The translations under genes were made by a program, and so were the position numbers. A stretch of DNA of 64,000 nucleotides from Chrysomallon squamiferum (Eukaryota > Animalia > Mollusca). Under the pieces are notes generated by a model. That model had not been told where the DNA came from. It made no database searches and worked only from the letters and a program-made list of their open reading frames with translations. How positions within the stretch are numbered: position 1 is the first letter of the stretch; the number at the start of each line of letters is the position of its first letter. This document shows positions 12,680 through 28,745 of the stretch, piece after piece. The stretch covers positions 5,084,001 through 5,148,000 of the forward strand of contig CM022666.1 in the NCBI GenBank assembly GCA_012295275.1. The letters are read 5' to 3'.

Positions 12680-15074
12680 AGCAACAGATACTATACAAAC
12701 AACAGAATACTTTTTCAAACAATTAAAATAAGACTAGTGGAAAATAATTACATATCTTTTAGAAATATATATTGCCTTTTACTTTCTTTTCGTTAAGGAA
12801 ATGATTTTTGTATTATGTGTTAGAGACAGCTGCACTTTAGAAGATAATAATATTGAATTGAAAACAAACACAAAATTAAGTTTCCCATAAACTGTTGTTT
12901 TATTTCCGATGACGCGTTGTCCTTCAAATTTTTTTGCCATCAGTTGTTTTATGATCACATTTTGATTGTCTGTGAGAAAATAAAGCCTAATGGAGAGGAT
13001 GACATGCTTAGAATCAAAAAAATGAAAACAAAATTAATAATTAAAAGTTGCACCATGTTCAAAATAAACTACGTGCATTTATTTCTGGTTGTTACTGTTG
13101 TAGTTCTTGTTATTATTAATTTTAACATTGCTGTTGTCGTTCAGAGTTCAGGTGGAAAAAACCCTCAAAAAACAACAATTAAAAAAACCGCCAAGAAAAC
13201 AACAATAATAAACAAACAAAATTAAAAATACAATTAAGTCACACATTATTAGCGCACGCAAACACACACACACACACACACACACATACACATACACAGT
13301 GATCTATTTAAGAATGTTGCCCTGAGTTGTTTTCTATGCTAGAATCTAGACTACGTCAAGTACATGTAATCTATTCAATTACTCTTCAACAGTCTAATCC
13401 GAAATAAATGAACCAAAACGTTCATTCAGAATATCTGTATTATCTGATTTCAAATTCCCTATGCAGTATAACACAGGTCGGGAAACTTTTGCAGATGTGC
13501 GTTGTTTTGTACGAGTGTCAAGTTAATGTAATAACTGGTGTCCAGGTGTTCACACAGTGATCTATTTAAGAATTTTGCCATCAGTTGTTTTTATGATAGA
13601 AACTAGACTACGTCAAGTACATGTGATGTAAAATGTAACGTATATATAAACAGTGTTTTGGAGGAGAGTCATAATGTAATAAGAAATAACTTTATCTGAC
13701 CAAGAGTTGCCGACCCCTGAACAGTAGTAGCGTGAATGAAGCAGACAGAGAAATGATATCACACGTTAGATAAACATTTGACAGACAGTGACGTCGCGTT
13801 ACCTGTACATTTTTCCGTGACTTTCCGAACTGCTATTTATAAACATTACTCGGGTACTTTTAAGTATGTGATATGAACATTGTTATATAACAGCAACATT
13901 TAACATACTGTCTATAAAGTACACAAATTTTATCTTCAATACTGAATTATGCTTCATAAAATAAAAAATAAATCATGTCACTGACTGGTGTATAAGTGAA
14001 AAGTGAGTTGAAAAATATTCTTATTAATTTCACTTGATATTTAAAAAAAAAAAGAAGAAAAAAAAAGAAAATTACAAATGCAGAACAAAACATTTGTACT
14101 ACATTTAAAATAACTATACAAGTAATAAAAATTATGAACAGGTGACCAGAGGTAACGCTGTAGTCTTTACTTAACAACAATGACAGCAGCAAACAATACT
14201 AATTATAATGATGATGATGATGATTTAATGTTTAGATAGTAGTAGTAGTGAGCAGCAGCAAGTTTAATATAAATAGTAGGACTAGTAGAAAGAATAATTT
14301 TAGTAATCATGATTATATAGTAATAAATATAGCAGTAAAAATAATGATGAAGAAAAAAAAAATGATAGTGGTAATAAAGTTAATGATAATAATGATAGTC
14401 ATAACAAAATCAATAATGATCATAATGAAACTTTCAGTCAATGGTTATATCAATAAATAAAATAATAAATATTACCAAGACAAATTCACACAAAATATAC
14501 ACGCGTACATATAGTTCTATATTATATTATTTCAAAGAAAAAAAAGTAAAATAAATAATACCAAGATATATTTACATTGACAATGATCCTATGCGATGTC
14601 CCCCCCAAAAAAAAAAAAGTAGCAAAGGTTTCTCTTTTGAAAATGCGAGGCCTGATTTATCAATTTTCAGTGGATGCCTTGTAAGCCACTGTGTACAAAT
14701 ACTCACCACTGAAATCCAATATGACAGCACAGCGATGTCCAATGAAACAGATAATCCTCCTGATGAAGACCTTGGTATCTAATGTCACAAAATTTGTTAC
14801 ACACACATTAAAAAAAGTTAATATTAAAGAAAGTTCATGTAATAATTGATATCCAAGTGTTCCTATGACAGGCCGGACTAAATTCCTCGCGTACCCCTGA
14901 ACTACAGCGTGACTTCTATTCACGTGTTCGGTAAGTGATACTAACCTATATATAATAGTACTATCACGTGAGTGGAATTCTACTTATTCAACATACTGGG
15001 TAAAAATAATTAAGTTAGGTAAACGTGAATTGTGGTACATCTACAAAGTCATTTTATACACACGTACATACTAT

Positions 15075-15250
15075 TACACAGAGTTCCTTCTCAAAGAACA
15101 AGTTGGTTTCTCTGTTCAGAAATTCGTTTAATGTTACAGATACAATGAAACTGATGAGAGCAAGTTTAGTACCATAATAGAAATGGCAATGACAGCAAGA
15201 ACTGATTTTATTTTGTGTAACAACTTTTATTTCCTTTAGAAGTAATCTAT
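15075..15250 (-). pseudogene. TNF relic: 5' half of first coding exon
   Basis: Encodes ...LISFIVSVTLNEFLNRETNLFFEKELCV, frameshifted upstream and truncated. Confidence 0.8.
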
Positions 15251-16839
15251 GAAACATGACGAAAAGAAAAAAAGAAAATGTAATTAGTAATAAATAATAA
15301 CAAGATAAGTACACATACACGTGTTCGACAAGTCATACTAACCGATATATAATAGTACTATCACGTGACTGGAATTCTAGTCACGATTAAGGTCTGTGTA
15401 CCAAGAATGAGGAAACTATTATCTGATGTAAATTTAGCTTTCATGGTCAGTCGTATTAACAAGAGTTAAGCACGCGAAATAGGGTGCTATGTGGTCTAGA
15501 ACAGACACTGACATGCGCAGTTTACTCAGTGACGTGGCAAAGTGGAAGTGTACTGATAAAAAAATGTTAATATGTAAAGTTATTCAACATACTGGGTAAA
15601 AATAATTAATGTAGGTAAACGTGAATTTTTGAACATCTACAAAGTCATTTTATACACACGTGTATACTATTATCTATATTTAGTTAATATTCGCACTTAA
15701 CTGTTCCATGACCTTATTCAGAGCAGAGTTCAGATGGAAAACAAAAAACAAAAAAAAAAGCAAAAGAAAAAAAAAACACAAACAAACAAAGAAAAACAAC
15801 AACAAAAACAATAACAAACAAAAAAATAATACAAAACAAGCAAGCCACACACACACACGCACACGCATACACTAATCTATTTTAAATGTTTTGGCTGAGT
15901 TGTTTTTATGATAGAAAGATAAAATCTTTTTTTATTTTTATTAATTTATATTTAAAATTGTGTCAGTTGTTCAACATGCTTATGTAGACTAAAGATAACA
16001 GTGATCGCGTGATTCAAGCAGATTGTAAAATAAGATATCGGTGCAGTCACACGTTAGGTACACATTTTCCAGCCTGAAATCAGTGAATACCTTGAACACG
16101 TGGGCAGCTTAGTAAATAACTGTTTATAAACACTGCTCGGGTAGAATTACTTTTAAAGATCATTTACTGGGGATTTTAAAAAAGTTTTCCAGTCAGCTAC
16201 CATTGTTATTATTGTCAGGTTTTTTTTAGACAGCAAATCAAACATAACTATTAAAACTTAATCATGATACATGTGTGTGTGTGTGGACGTGCACGTATGT
16301 AGGCGTATCTATATAAGTATATGATATGCACATGGTTATATAACAGCAATATTTAACATACTGTCTATAAAATATACAAATTATGCACACATATCACAAT
16401 GTAATTTTGTTAGGTTTAAATTAATTTCTTTTCATGTATCTTTGATTGTCTGATCCTCGCTGGTTTCAAAAATTATTCTTAGCCTGACAAAACCAGATCT
16501 GTTAAAAGATGAAAAGAGAGAAAGTGAAAAAATGAATTAATTTTATGGGGTAAAAATGAATTAATTGTATGTGGTGTGTATGTGTGTATTAGTTCAAATA
16601 TAATGTGTGTGTGTGTGTGTGTGTCTATGTGTGTATGTCTGTGTGTATTAATTTAACAAATCAATAATTTAACTCATAATGCTAACACTAAAGTAACTAA
16701 AATGATCAGAAACCAAATAAATAAACAAATGAATGAATTAATTAATACAAACAACACCAACAACATTAACAATAATAATAGTAATAATAATAATCATAAC
16801 AAACATCAATTTATTTAAAACTGAGCAGAATAATCTGAA

Positions 16840-17030
16840 CGTCTCATTGTGTACAAACTGCAGTGTTGTCAGCTGCTGCTGGTGTAGTTGCAGTGCACGT
16901 TCATGACGTTCTAAATACGCTGCCATCCAGCTCTGGTACAAAGGAAGTTCCACTGTGTTTATTTGTTCTGCATGAGAAACAAGTCGACTGTTGATCATTT
17001 CAGCTTGGAGATCTATGAATCCGTTCTGAA
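16840..17030 (-). pseudogene. Gene X exon-4 fragment (3'-truncated)
   Basis: NGFIDLQAEMINSRLVSH...FVHNET, then diverges into non-homologous sequence at the same breakpoint as the 24.4 kb and 47.2 kb copies. Confidence 0.7.
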
Positions 17031-17579
17031 GTTTAAAAAAATATATATTCAGATACACTGTATATTCTACATCACAGGATGTCAATTTTATAATATCATA
17101 CACTGAATACATTGTATTTGCAATACTGAATCTTTAATGTTACATCCTTTAGTTTGTAAATTACAGGATACATACTGTATTTTAACGATCTTTCAGGTTG
17201 CCATACTGAAATAATACTTTATCCCTGGATATATAAATTACATGGTATGTAGTGCACTCTATTAATCTTTAAGGTCTATGAATCCATTCTGAAATTTAAA
17301 AAAAATATATATTCAGATACACCGTATATTCTACATCACAGTATTTCAGTTTTACAATATCATTCACTGAATATATGATATTTGTTATGCTGAATCTTTA
17401 GTATTATATCCTTTGATTTATAAATTACATGATATATACTGTAATAATTTTGTATATTATATCCTTGGATATACACATTAATGTATTCATTTATACTCTA
17501 CACCACAGGACCTCATTTGTTTATAAAATGATACACAGAATACATATTATTTGCAATGCTGAATCTGTAATATTATATC

Positions 17580-18010
17580 TTTGAATATATAAATTACATG
17601 GTATGTACTGTATTTAATTTTATATTATTTAATACTATATTCCTGGATATATAAATTACATGGTATATACTGCAGTCTGTTAATCTTTAATACTGGATAT
17701 ATAAATTACATGCTATTTACTGCACTCTATTAATGTTTAATACTGGATACTGAAATTACAAGGTATATACTGCAGTCTATTAATCTTTAATACTGGATAC
17801 ATAAATTACAAGGTATATACTGCAGTCTATTAATCTTTAATACTGGATACATAAATTACATGGTATGTACTGCACTCTATTAATCTTTAACAGCGTATCT
17901 CTAGACGTATAAATTACATGGTATGTACTGTACTTAATTATATAATATTTAATACTGTCTCCCTGTAAATATAAACTACATGATATGTAATGTACTGCAA
18001 TACTACTGTA
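17580..18010. repeat. ~50-bp minisatellite of the gene X intron (also ~24660-25140, 25970-26230, 36040-36410, 47490-47740)
   Basis: Unit tactggatacataaattacatggtatatactgcagtctattaatctttaa with degenerate variants. Confidence 0.85.
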
Positions 18011-19709
18011 TTCTGAATGTTTAAATGATATTATTCTGCAACTTTTGTCTTGTTTCCAATTAAAATGTGTTTCACTGTATATACTCCAGCTTTCTCTAGT
18101 ATCAGATATATACTTAACATTATTCATACCAATAAGGGTGGTATCAAAATCTGTTATGAAGGGTTCGTGTATGCTGCGACATAATTTCTTCGTGATATCG
18201 AGTGGAACATCAGCCTAAACCATCAACACTGAAATCAAAGAACATTAACAAAATACTCTGACAAAATGTGTTTAATCTATCTTTCATTGCTAATATATTT
18301 CTTAATTAAAATGTGTGATTTTTTTCGGGAATAATTATCATCTGCTGAGTGGTAGGTGTAACGGACTCTTGTTTATCAGAAAGATCTGGCAACACACGTC
18401 AAACTGCAAGGTCGGGAACAGGTTGACAAAAATGAGTCAGTCCCTTTTTCAAAAAAAATCGAGGATATTTTGTTTTTTGTTTTTTTGGTTAGGGAAGGAC
18501 TGTGGAACAATTCCAGGGTAACTGTCGCTGTCCACTGAACGCACTGTGTAACAAGATATGTAGATGTTTGCTCTTCTGCATTAATCCTTACGTGATTGTT
18601 GTGACCGATTATAATTATTCTATCCGTCCATATTATTCTTTACTGCTATATTGAATACAATTTTAAAAGTGTATTGTGTTTGTTGTGTTCTAGTACAATA
18701 AAGGGTGTACACATATATATGCTTTCTTATTAGATTATGCATGTGTTCATACTTTTGTTTAATAGATATTACCACTGAGGGGATTTTTTAATGTTTTTCA
18801 GGCTTTGAATACTCACAGATAATTTTGGCATATTATTCTTTAGTACGAAGACAGCAAGAAAGTTTTGTTCCTTCCTTCATTGGAGCTGTCGACACTGCAT
18901 AGACACATAGACATATATTACATACATTTTATAAACTTAAATTAAATAAAAATATTTATTATTATCTCCAGTATATTCTGTTATTTTTGATTGATAAAGT
19001 TACGTCTACCGAATTACTAACAGACAGATCGAGAAAGTACGAATGCATTATCATTGTTATAAATAAATAAATCTGATGTTGTGGTTGCTGTTATTGTTGC
19101 CTCTAATGCATAGAGTTGCTTCTGTTCACGTGTTCGATAAATTTTACTAATTGATATAATAATACTATCACATGCTGAGATTTTTCCCAACGAACTTTTG
19201 GATATTCGCGAATGCGCTAGAAGCCCTCCACTGCCAATCCCATCGAAAAACATACAAACAGAAGTGTTGTCAAAAAGATCATAGGTCAAAATAATATTGA
19301 CGCAATCAGTATGTCAGTGTAATTGTAACAACAGATACGAAAGGTTCATGAATCCTTGCTGTAACCTAGAATAGATACTGACGTGCAGTTCAGTAAATGA
19401 CGCAATAAAATGGAAATCTATAAATGAAAATGTTAATGTGTAAAGTTATTCACGTCTCTGGGTAAAAGGAATTGTTAGGTAAACGTGACTTTTGGAATAT
19501 CTACAATGTCATTTGATACACACGTACATACTATTATGCCAGGTTAGTACTTTGCAGTTAATTCTTGATCTAATCAGAGCACAGGTGAGCCGGAAAAAAC
19601 AAATAAACAAGAAAAACAAAACATGAAATTCAAAACAAAACAACAATAAGAAACAAACAACAACAACAAGAATGAAAGAACAACAAACAAACAAAAAAAT
19701 ACAAATAAG

Positions 19710-19757
<48 letters not shown>

Positions 19758-22384
19758 ACACACACAGAGTGATGTATTTTAAGAATATTGCTTTGTTCAG
19801 TTTTCCCTGAGTTGTTTTTATGATAGAAACTAGACTACGTCAAGTACATGTGATGTACGTCCATGAACAGAAACAAAGAAGGAAAAACTTAAGAACTGAC
19901 TATTAACCAGGTAGTTTGTTATTTTTTTATTTAATCACTCTTCAATAGTCTAACTCTAAATAAATTATAAAGAATTTAATCAAGAACATCTACATTATCT
20001 AATTTTAAATGTCCTAATACACTCCAGCTATGCACTACAGTATATATCTAAACTAGCTCCATAGAGGCGCACAGTATAAAAATTGGATTATTCCATGACA
20101 GACAAAAGCTACTTATTTTTACTTATTTATTTTCAAAAAATTGTGTCTGTTGTTCGACGTATTTCTATGGACTAGAGATAATAGTAATCAGGTCAGTGAA
20201 GTTGGTTGTGTGTGAGATATCAATCTCACGTCACGTGTACATTTTACAGCCTGCGACGTCACTGTAGGCAGGACTCAGAGTGAACACGTGTGCCGTGCAT
20301 TTTGAATCAGCTGAGTCACTTAGCAAACAACTATTTATAAACACCACTCGGTAGATCTATTTTTCAAGATAATGCACCCGGCGTTTTAGAAGATTTTCCA
20401 CTGAGGTACAGTTGTTGTCGTCGGTGTCAAGGACGACTGCTTAACTATTAAAAGGTAAACAATGATACATGTGTCTGAATGTGCACGTCTGTAGGTGTAT
20501 CTATATAAGTATGTGATATGTGCATGTTATATAACAGCAACATTGTACATACAAATTTTGCTTTATAAAATACAAATTAAATCATGTCACTGACTGCTGT
20601 AGAAGTGAAAAGTGAGCTGAAAAATGATCTCATTAATTTTACTTGTTATTACAACAACAACAAAAAAGAAACAAAATAAAACAACAGCAAAGAAACAAAG
20701 AAAGAAAAAATAAGAAGAAAATGACAAATGCACAAAAAGACATTTTTACTACTTTTAAAGCAAATATAAATTATGAACAGTTGACCAGAAAATATAACCT
20801 TATGGAGAGTATGACATGCTTAGAATCAAAAATATAAACAAAATTAATAATTGAAAGTTGCACAATATTCACAAATAAACTACGTGCATTTATTGCTGGT
20901 TGTCACCGTTGTAGTTCTTGTTATTATTAATATTAACATTGCTGTTGTCATTCAGAGTTCAGGTAGAAAAAAAGTTAAAAAAAACAACAATAACAAACAA
21001 TAATAAACAAAAAAACAAACAATACAAATGTCACATACTATTAGCCCCCCCCACACACACAAGCATTCACACAGTAACACAAACACAAACACACACACAC
21101 ACAAACACTCACACAGTAACACACACACACACACACACACACACCGTGATCTATTTAAGAATATTGCCTATGTTGTTTTTATGATAGAAACTACGCCAAG
21201 TACCTGTGATCTACAAGCAGGAACAGAAACATGGAAACACAAACGTAATAACTGACTACTAAGCACAGGTATTTTATCATTTTTGACCAGATATTTATTA
21301 TTTTTTGTTTAATCACTACAACAGGGCTCGGGAAGCTTATCGAGAGATGTTATCAGACAGCTATGCGGTGTTTTGGAGGAGTGTCAAGTTAATGTAATAA
21401 TTGGTGTCTGACCAAGCGTTGCGACATCTGAACAGTAACAGCGTGAATGAAGCAGACAGAGAAATGACATCACAGGTCAGATAAACATTTCACAGACAGC
21501 GAGGTCACGTTACCTGTTCATTTTTCCGGGACTTTCCAAACAGCTATTTATAAACACTGCACGTGATGAACTACTTTAAATATGTGATATGAACATGGTT
21601 ATATAACAGCAATATTTAACTTACTGTCTATAAAGTATACAAATTATCCTTCATAAAATAAAAATTAAATCATGTCACTGACTGGTGTATAAGTGAAAAG
21701 TGACTTGTAAAATATTCTCATTAATTTTACTTGATATTTAAAAAAGAAAAGAAGAAAAAGAAGAAAATGATAAATGCAGATCAAGACATTTTTACTACAT
21801 TTAAAGTAACTATCCAAGTAATAAAAATTATGAACAGGTGACCAGAGGTATCACTGTAGTCTTTATTTAACAACAACGACAGCAGCAAACAAAACTAATG
21901 ATTATGACGATGATGATGATAAATTTAATAGTAGTAGCGGTAGCACTAATATAAATAGTAGGAGTAGTAGAAAGAATAATAACAGTAATCATGATTATAT
22001 AGTAATAATGATGAAGATGGTAGTGGTAATAAAGTTAATGATAATTATGATAGTCATAATAAAATGAATAATGATGTTGATAATAATAGTGAAAATAAAA
22101 TTAATAACCAGAATATTTATGATTCTGGAATGCTTCTAAAAAGAAAAGTGTTATTGTGATAAAACAAACAAAAAAATGCTTTAAATATATTGTTTATTAT
22201 GCAGATTTTACATGAAATTTTAAATGTAAAGCATATATAAACATTTATTAAGCTGGTAATTTCAATGCATGAGTACATATTGTATAAAGAACACTTAACT
22301 TGTATTACTCATTACTCATTTAACTTTCATCAGTCAATTTATATAGAACACCAGTAATATTTTAATATTTATTCATTGAATAAA

Positions 22385-22447
<63 letters not shown>

Positions 22448-24095
22448 ATTTCTATACTGAGCATCAAAAAGGGATGCTAGGAAGCAAGGTTGCTTTGATC
22501 TGGAGATTTAAAGAAAAAAGAAAGTTAATGTAGTAACTGGTGTCCAAGTTTTCAGTTGACAGACTGGACTAAATTCCTCGCGTACCCCTGAACTACAGCG
22601 TCACTTCTGTCCACGTGTTCGGTAAGTGACACTAACCTATATATAATAGTACTATCACGTGACTGGAATTCTAGTCAAGGTCAAGGTCTGTGTACCAAGA
22701 ATGAGGAAACTATTATCTGATGTAAATTTAGCTTTCATGGTCAGTCGTATTAACAAGAGTTAAGCACGCGAAGTAGGGTGCTATTCAGGTCGAGAACAGA
22801 CACTGACATGCGCAGTTTACTCAGTGACGTGGCAAAGTGGAAGTGTACTGATAAAAAATGTTAATATGTAAGGTTATTCAACTTACTGGGTAAAAATAAT
22901 TAATGTAGGTAAACGTGAATTGTGGTACATCTACAAAGTCATTTTATACACACGTACACACTATTATGTAAATTTAGTTAATATTCGCACTTAACTGTTG
23001 TATGACCTTATTCAGAGCAGAGTTTAGATGGAAAACAAAAAACATAAAAAAACAAACACACAAACAAAAAGAAAAAAAAAACCAACAATAACAAACAAAA
23101 AACAATACAATACAAGCAAGTCAAACACACACACACCCACACACACACGCACACACACACACACACACTAATCTATTTTCAGAATTTTCCTTTCTACAGT
23201 TTGCCGTGAGATGTTTTTCTATGACAGAAACTAGACTACGCCAAGTACATGTGATGTACGTGCATGAACAGAAACAAAGGAAAAAGTAACAGCTGACTAT
23301 TAACTAGTCACTATTCAACAGTCTAAACCTAAACAAATTATAAAAAATTTAATGTAGAATATCTACATTATCTATGATTACTCTCTGACAGAAAAAATCA
23401 TTTTATTTTTCATCATTTCTTTTTAAAATCTGTTGAGTTGTTCAACGTGCTTATATGCACTAGAGATAACAGTGATCACGTGATTAAAACAGACTGTGAA
23501 ATAAGACATCGGTGCAATCAAACGTTAGGTACACATTTCCCAGCCTGAAATCAGTGAATGTCTTGAACACGTGGGCCGGGTATTTTGTATCACCCGCGTC
23601 GCTAAGAAAATAACTATTTATAAACACTGCTCGGGTAGAACTACTTTTAAAGATAATTTACTGGGGATTTTTAAAAGTTTTCCAGTGAGCTACCATTGTT
23701 ATTATTGTCAGGTTTCTTTTTAGACAGCAAATTAAAGAGTGAAGGACGAGAGCATAACTATTAAAACTTAATCATGATACATGTGTGTGTGTGTGTGGAT
23801 GTGCACGTATGTAGGTGTATCTATATAAGTATATGATATATACATGGTTATGTAACAGCAATATTTAACATACTGTCTATAAAATATAGACATTATGCAC
23901 AGATATCACAATGTAATTTTGTTAGGTTTAAATTAATTTCTTTTCATGTATCTTTCATTGTCTGATCCTCGCTGTTTTCAAAAATTATTCTTAGCCTGTC
24001 AAAAACTCGATCTGTTAAAAGATGAAAAAGAGAGAGTAAAAAAATGTATTAATTGCATGGGGTAAGATTAGTTCAAATATAATGTGTGTATGTGT

Positions 24096-24149
<54 letters not shown>

Positions 24150-24275
24150 ATGTGACTAATTTAACAAATCAGTAATTTAACTCATAATGATAACACTAAA
24201 GTAACTATAATGATCAGAAACCAAATAAATAAATAAACGAATGAATAAATTAATACAAACAACAACAACATTAAC

Positions 24276-24320
<45 letters not shown>

Positions 24321-24354
24321 CATCAATTCATTTAAAACTGAGCAGAATAATCTG

Positions 24355-26476
24355 AATGTCTCGTTGTGTACAAACTGCAGTGTTGTCAGCTGCTGCTGGT
24401 GTAGTTGCAGTGCACGTTCATGACGTTCTAAATACGCTGCCATCCAGCTCTGGTACAAAGGAAGTTCCACTGTGTTTATTTGTTCTGCATGAGAAACAAG
24501 TCGACTGTTGATCATTTCAGCTTGGAGGTCTATGAATCCGATCTGAAAATTAAAAAATTATATATTCAGATACACTGTATATTCTACATCACAGTATGTC
24601 AGTTTTATAATATCATACACACGGTATTTGCTAAGCTGAATCTTTAATATTACATCATTCGATTTGTAAATTACAGGATACATACTGTATTGTAACTATC
24701 TTTAAGGTTACCGTACTGGATTAATATTGTATCACTTGGTATATAAGTTACATGGTATGTACTGCATTCTATTAATCTTTAATACTGTATTCCTGGATAT
24801 ATAAATTATATGATATATACTGAAATAATTTTGTATATTATATCCTTGGATATACACATTAATGTATTCATTTATACTCTACACCACAGGACCTCATTTG
24901 TTTATAAAATGATACACAGAATACATATTATTTGCAATAGTGAATCTGTAATATTATATCTTTGAATATATAAATTACATGGTATGTACTGTATTTTATT
25001 ATATATTATTTAATACTATATTCCTGGATATATAAATTACATGGTATGTACTGTACTTAATTAGATAATATTTAATACTGTCTCCCTGTAAATATAAACT
25101 ACATGATATATAATGTACTAGAATAATACTGTTTTCTGGATGTTTAAATTATATTACTCTGCAACTTTTGTCTTATTTCCAGTTACATATGAATACAAAA
25201 AAAAAAAAAAAAAAAAAAAATCATCTAAAAAAGAAGTATGACAATATATTTTTAAAATTATTTAAAAGTAAATAAATAAACTCACAGATAGCAATTACCA
25301 TATCGTGATGGAGACCCAGTCTTTTGTAACATTGCTTGGCTAGCACAACCTCTGACACGTGTACACCGCCATAAACAAGGAGACACACAACTACAGTGAC
25401 AACAGCATTTGGTATAAAAAGTGTTTAGACTACCTGGATGAAAACTAAAACTGAAACAAAATATTAACTGCGAAAAGAGTTCATCAACAACAATGATACA
25501 ATAACAATACTTATAAATAACAACAACAATAACAATAATACTACTAATAATAATGATACTATATTAACAACAATAGCAACAACAAGCATTTCTTGAGATA
25601 AAGGTCCTTGAGTATGAAAGAGTTGTCGTCCTTAGCATTCTCTGATATATATATTTATATATGTACATATATATATATATCAGAGAATACTAAGGATATA
25701 CACAGACAGGTAAACGTAATACTCACCTGAATACACAATTTCAGATTTAGGTTTTTCAGTTTTCTCTCTCAATACATCATCGTCACCTTCATCATCAGCT
25801 GACAAGAAAATTCATGGTTTGTATTATAGAAATACTGGATGACTAATAGTGTATGTAAATAAACAATTACAACAACAACAATAACAAGAACTATACTACT
25901 ACTACTACTACTACTACCACCACAGCTACAGCTACAGCTACAACTACTACTACTACTACTACTACTTAGTACTGTATCCCTGGATATATAAATTCCATGG
26001 TATGTACTGTATTCTCTGTTATATAATCTTTAATAGTTTCTCCGTGGATATGTAAAATGCATGGTGTGTACTGGAATCTATTAATCTTTAATACCATTTC
26101 CCTGGAATATAAATTTACATGAAAAGTACTGTACTCAATTAATCTTTAATAATGTATCCCTACCTGGATATATAAGTTACATGGTATGTACTGTACTGGA
26201 ATAATACTGTATCCCTGGATGTTCAAATTACGTCATTCTGTACCTTTTCTTCCATTTCGTTACATACGGATTAAAAAAAAGAAATCAACTGAAAAAAGAA
26301 GTATTTAAAAATAAATAAATAAACTCACAGATCACACTTACCATATCATAATGGAGACCCAGTCTGTTGAAACTTTGTTTGGTTAGCACAACCTCTGACA
26401 CGTGTACACCGCCATAAACAAGGAGACACACAACTACAGTGACAACAGCATTTGGGATACAAAGTGTTTAGACTAC
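24355..26476 (-). pseudogene. Gene X relics in unit A
   Basis: 135-nt exon twice (26476-26342 and 25433-25299, both with CAA>TAA), exon 2 with a 29-nt deletion (25798-25727), and truncated exon 4 (~24545-24355). Confidence 0.7.
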
Positions 26477-26984
26477 CTGGATGAAAACTAAAACTGAAAC
26501 AAAATATTAACTGTGTGATAATCAGATAAATGACTGTAATATATTTTATTTTCCATTGATTTATTAAAAAATTATTTTTCTTGTACTGTTTATTTATTTC
26601 ATATAAAAATAAACATATATATATATATATATATATGCATATCAATTATTCCTAGCTTTTTTCAAAACAGAGTAGCCTGCATTGTTTTGCGGAGTAGAAT
26701 TTTATCTTACGATGTATATCTATATGGTCTTTAACAGTAAATATGGGGTTATATAACGGTTGATTAAAAATGTATTTAGTGACGTCGTTAAAGTCAACGA
26801 TCACTCCATCGCATAATATTTACTACACTAGGACCAGCCAAGCGAATCATGTAACCAATCACGTATTTTTTGACAGCAGTGTGTAAATTTCATTCTACGT
26901 TGGTGATATTTCCATCTCATATAAACGTAAATACAACGTTCTTGACACTTCAGAGATAATAAAAACTGAAATTATTACAAAAAA

Positions 26985-27366
26985 TTATCTTATTTAAAAA
27001 GCAGAGAACAACGTCTGATGAAATGCATGATTATATATATAAATTATGTTAATTAATAACTTCCTGTCACTTCTCCGCGCATGCCTCTTTACAAATACTT
27101 GCAGATGTAGGATTAGTTTTAAGACAGCTTTTGTTTTTGGAGTGGACATGACTATGATGATATGTAAGGCAGATTGCCAGAAATATAGATACAGAAATAC
27201 TGCTTCACAAAAAGTTGTCGCGTTACTTTCTTCTTATTCCCATAACTTTAAAATGCCCGAAATACTACTCCTTATGGGTTTGCTCAGACAGCCTGAAAAC
27301 GGAACGATTTTGGTTGGCTGCGCTATATTGGCTAAAACAGGGCGTTGAATCGGGAATAAATATTAG
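26985..27366 (+). pseudogene. TIR-like relic in unit B (longest open version)
   Basis: ORF 27046-27348: NNFLSLLRACLFTNTCRCRISFKTAFVFGVDMTMMICKADC...SQKVVALLSSYSHNFKMPEILLLMGLLRQPENGTILVGCAIL. Confidence 0.45.
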
Positions 27367-28210
27367 TGAAACAAACCAGTTTTTCGTACATTTTATTCAC
27401 GGTTTGGACATAATTTTCAATAAATGCGCATGCGTATTAGCAAGCGTTAGGACGCGCAATAGTGTATAGTGTTTTTACTATCATTTACTATCATACTGTG
27501 CGCACGCACACACACATATACTCTTATACATTTTTTTAACTTTAATTTTAATCATTGTTTTTTTAAATATTTATTTATTTTTTACCATTGTTTTTAACTA
27601 ATTATACATTTGCCTTTTTTTTACATTTTTTTTTTCTTGTTTTTTGTTTATGTTTTACAAGCTTTATTTATTACTGATTATGAAGTAAAATTTATAGCCT
27701 GGATGGAAAGCTCAGTTCTAGAAGAATGTTATTTATTATTTCTCAGAATCCTTAATCTTAAGAAACACACAAACATACACACACATTGTTAAAACAGTGT
27801 TATGAATGTGTGCACTGTCTTGCAAATGGCGTTCGTGACCTAGTTACTGCTTTGTTAATGAACAGACCTTCAAAATAATAATAATAAAAAAAAAAAAATG
27901 TATCGGTGTTCATATTCATTTTCAACAACAATAACAACAACAACCACAACAGCAGATCTATTTATTTATATCAATAATAGTGCATTCATACTTTCTAAAT
28001 CCGTCTAATAGTAATTCGGTTGATAACTTTACCTAGTGACCTGACAACTTATTTATAGCTTGGGTGGAAAACCCAGTGTGTTGCAAAAAAATATCTTGTA
28101 ATTTTGTAACTGCAAGCAAGTAACAGAAAATTATCTATTACGTTTTAGTATTCATGACTCTCCGGATACAAATCTGTCTTGGGCAAACTGCGTGGCTTTG
28201 TGAACTGCAA

Positions 28211-28320
28211 TACAGTAATAATGTCTCATGGTACAGTAATAATGTCTCATAGTACAGTAATAATGTCTCATAGTACAGTAATAATGTATCATAGTACAGT
28301 AATAATGTCTCATAGTACAG
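28211..28320. repeat. 21-bp minisatellite, ~5 copies
   Basis: Unit tacagtaataatgtctcatag. Confidence 0.9.
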
Positions 28321-28535
28321 CAGTACTGATTGAATGGGGCTTCCTCTGCTTCGTTGTTAATTGCTCTTATTCAGTTCATGTATCGCCAGCAATTATGTAA
28401 TCATTTTAAACCATATTCCAATAGCATAGCTAATTAGTAATGGAACAAATATAAAAATAAATGTAAAAAGGTTAGATATACCAACATCACAAATCACAAA
28501 CAACAAGAAATTATTATTATTATTATTATTATTAT

Positions 28536-28573
<38 letters not shown>

Positions 28574-28745
28574 TCATTATTATACCCCACTGAAGACTTT
28601 AAAGAAAGATTCAAGTATGTCTAATATAAATGTTTCACGATAATGTTAAAGTAAAAGGTACGTTTTGTTTATACAAGTCCATAGATACAGTGGGCGTACA
28701 CAAATTGTATATGAACAGTTATAATTCAGGCCTCTCGTTACAATT

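Noticed and set aside
26346-26645. Cys-rich metallothionein- or toxin-like peptide KCCCHCSCVSPCLWRC (also 36476-36820)
   Set aside because: It is an alternative frame of the 135-nt gene X exon. The hydrophobic frame is the one phase-compatible with neighbouring exons and is open at 36559-36693.
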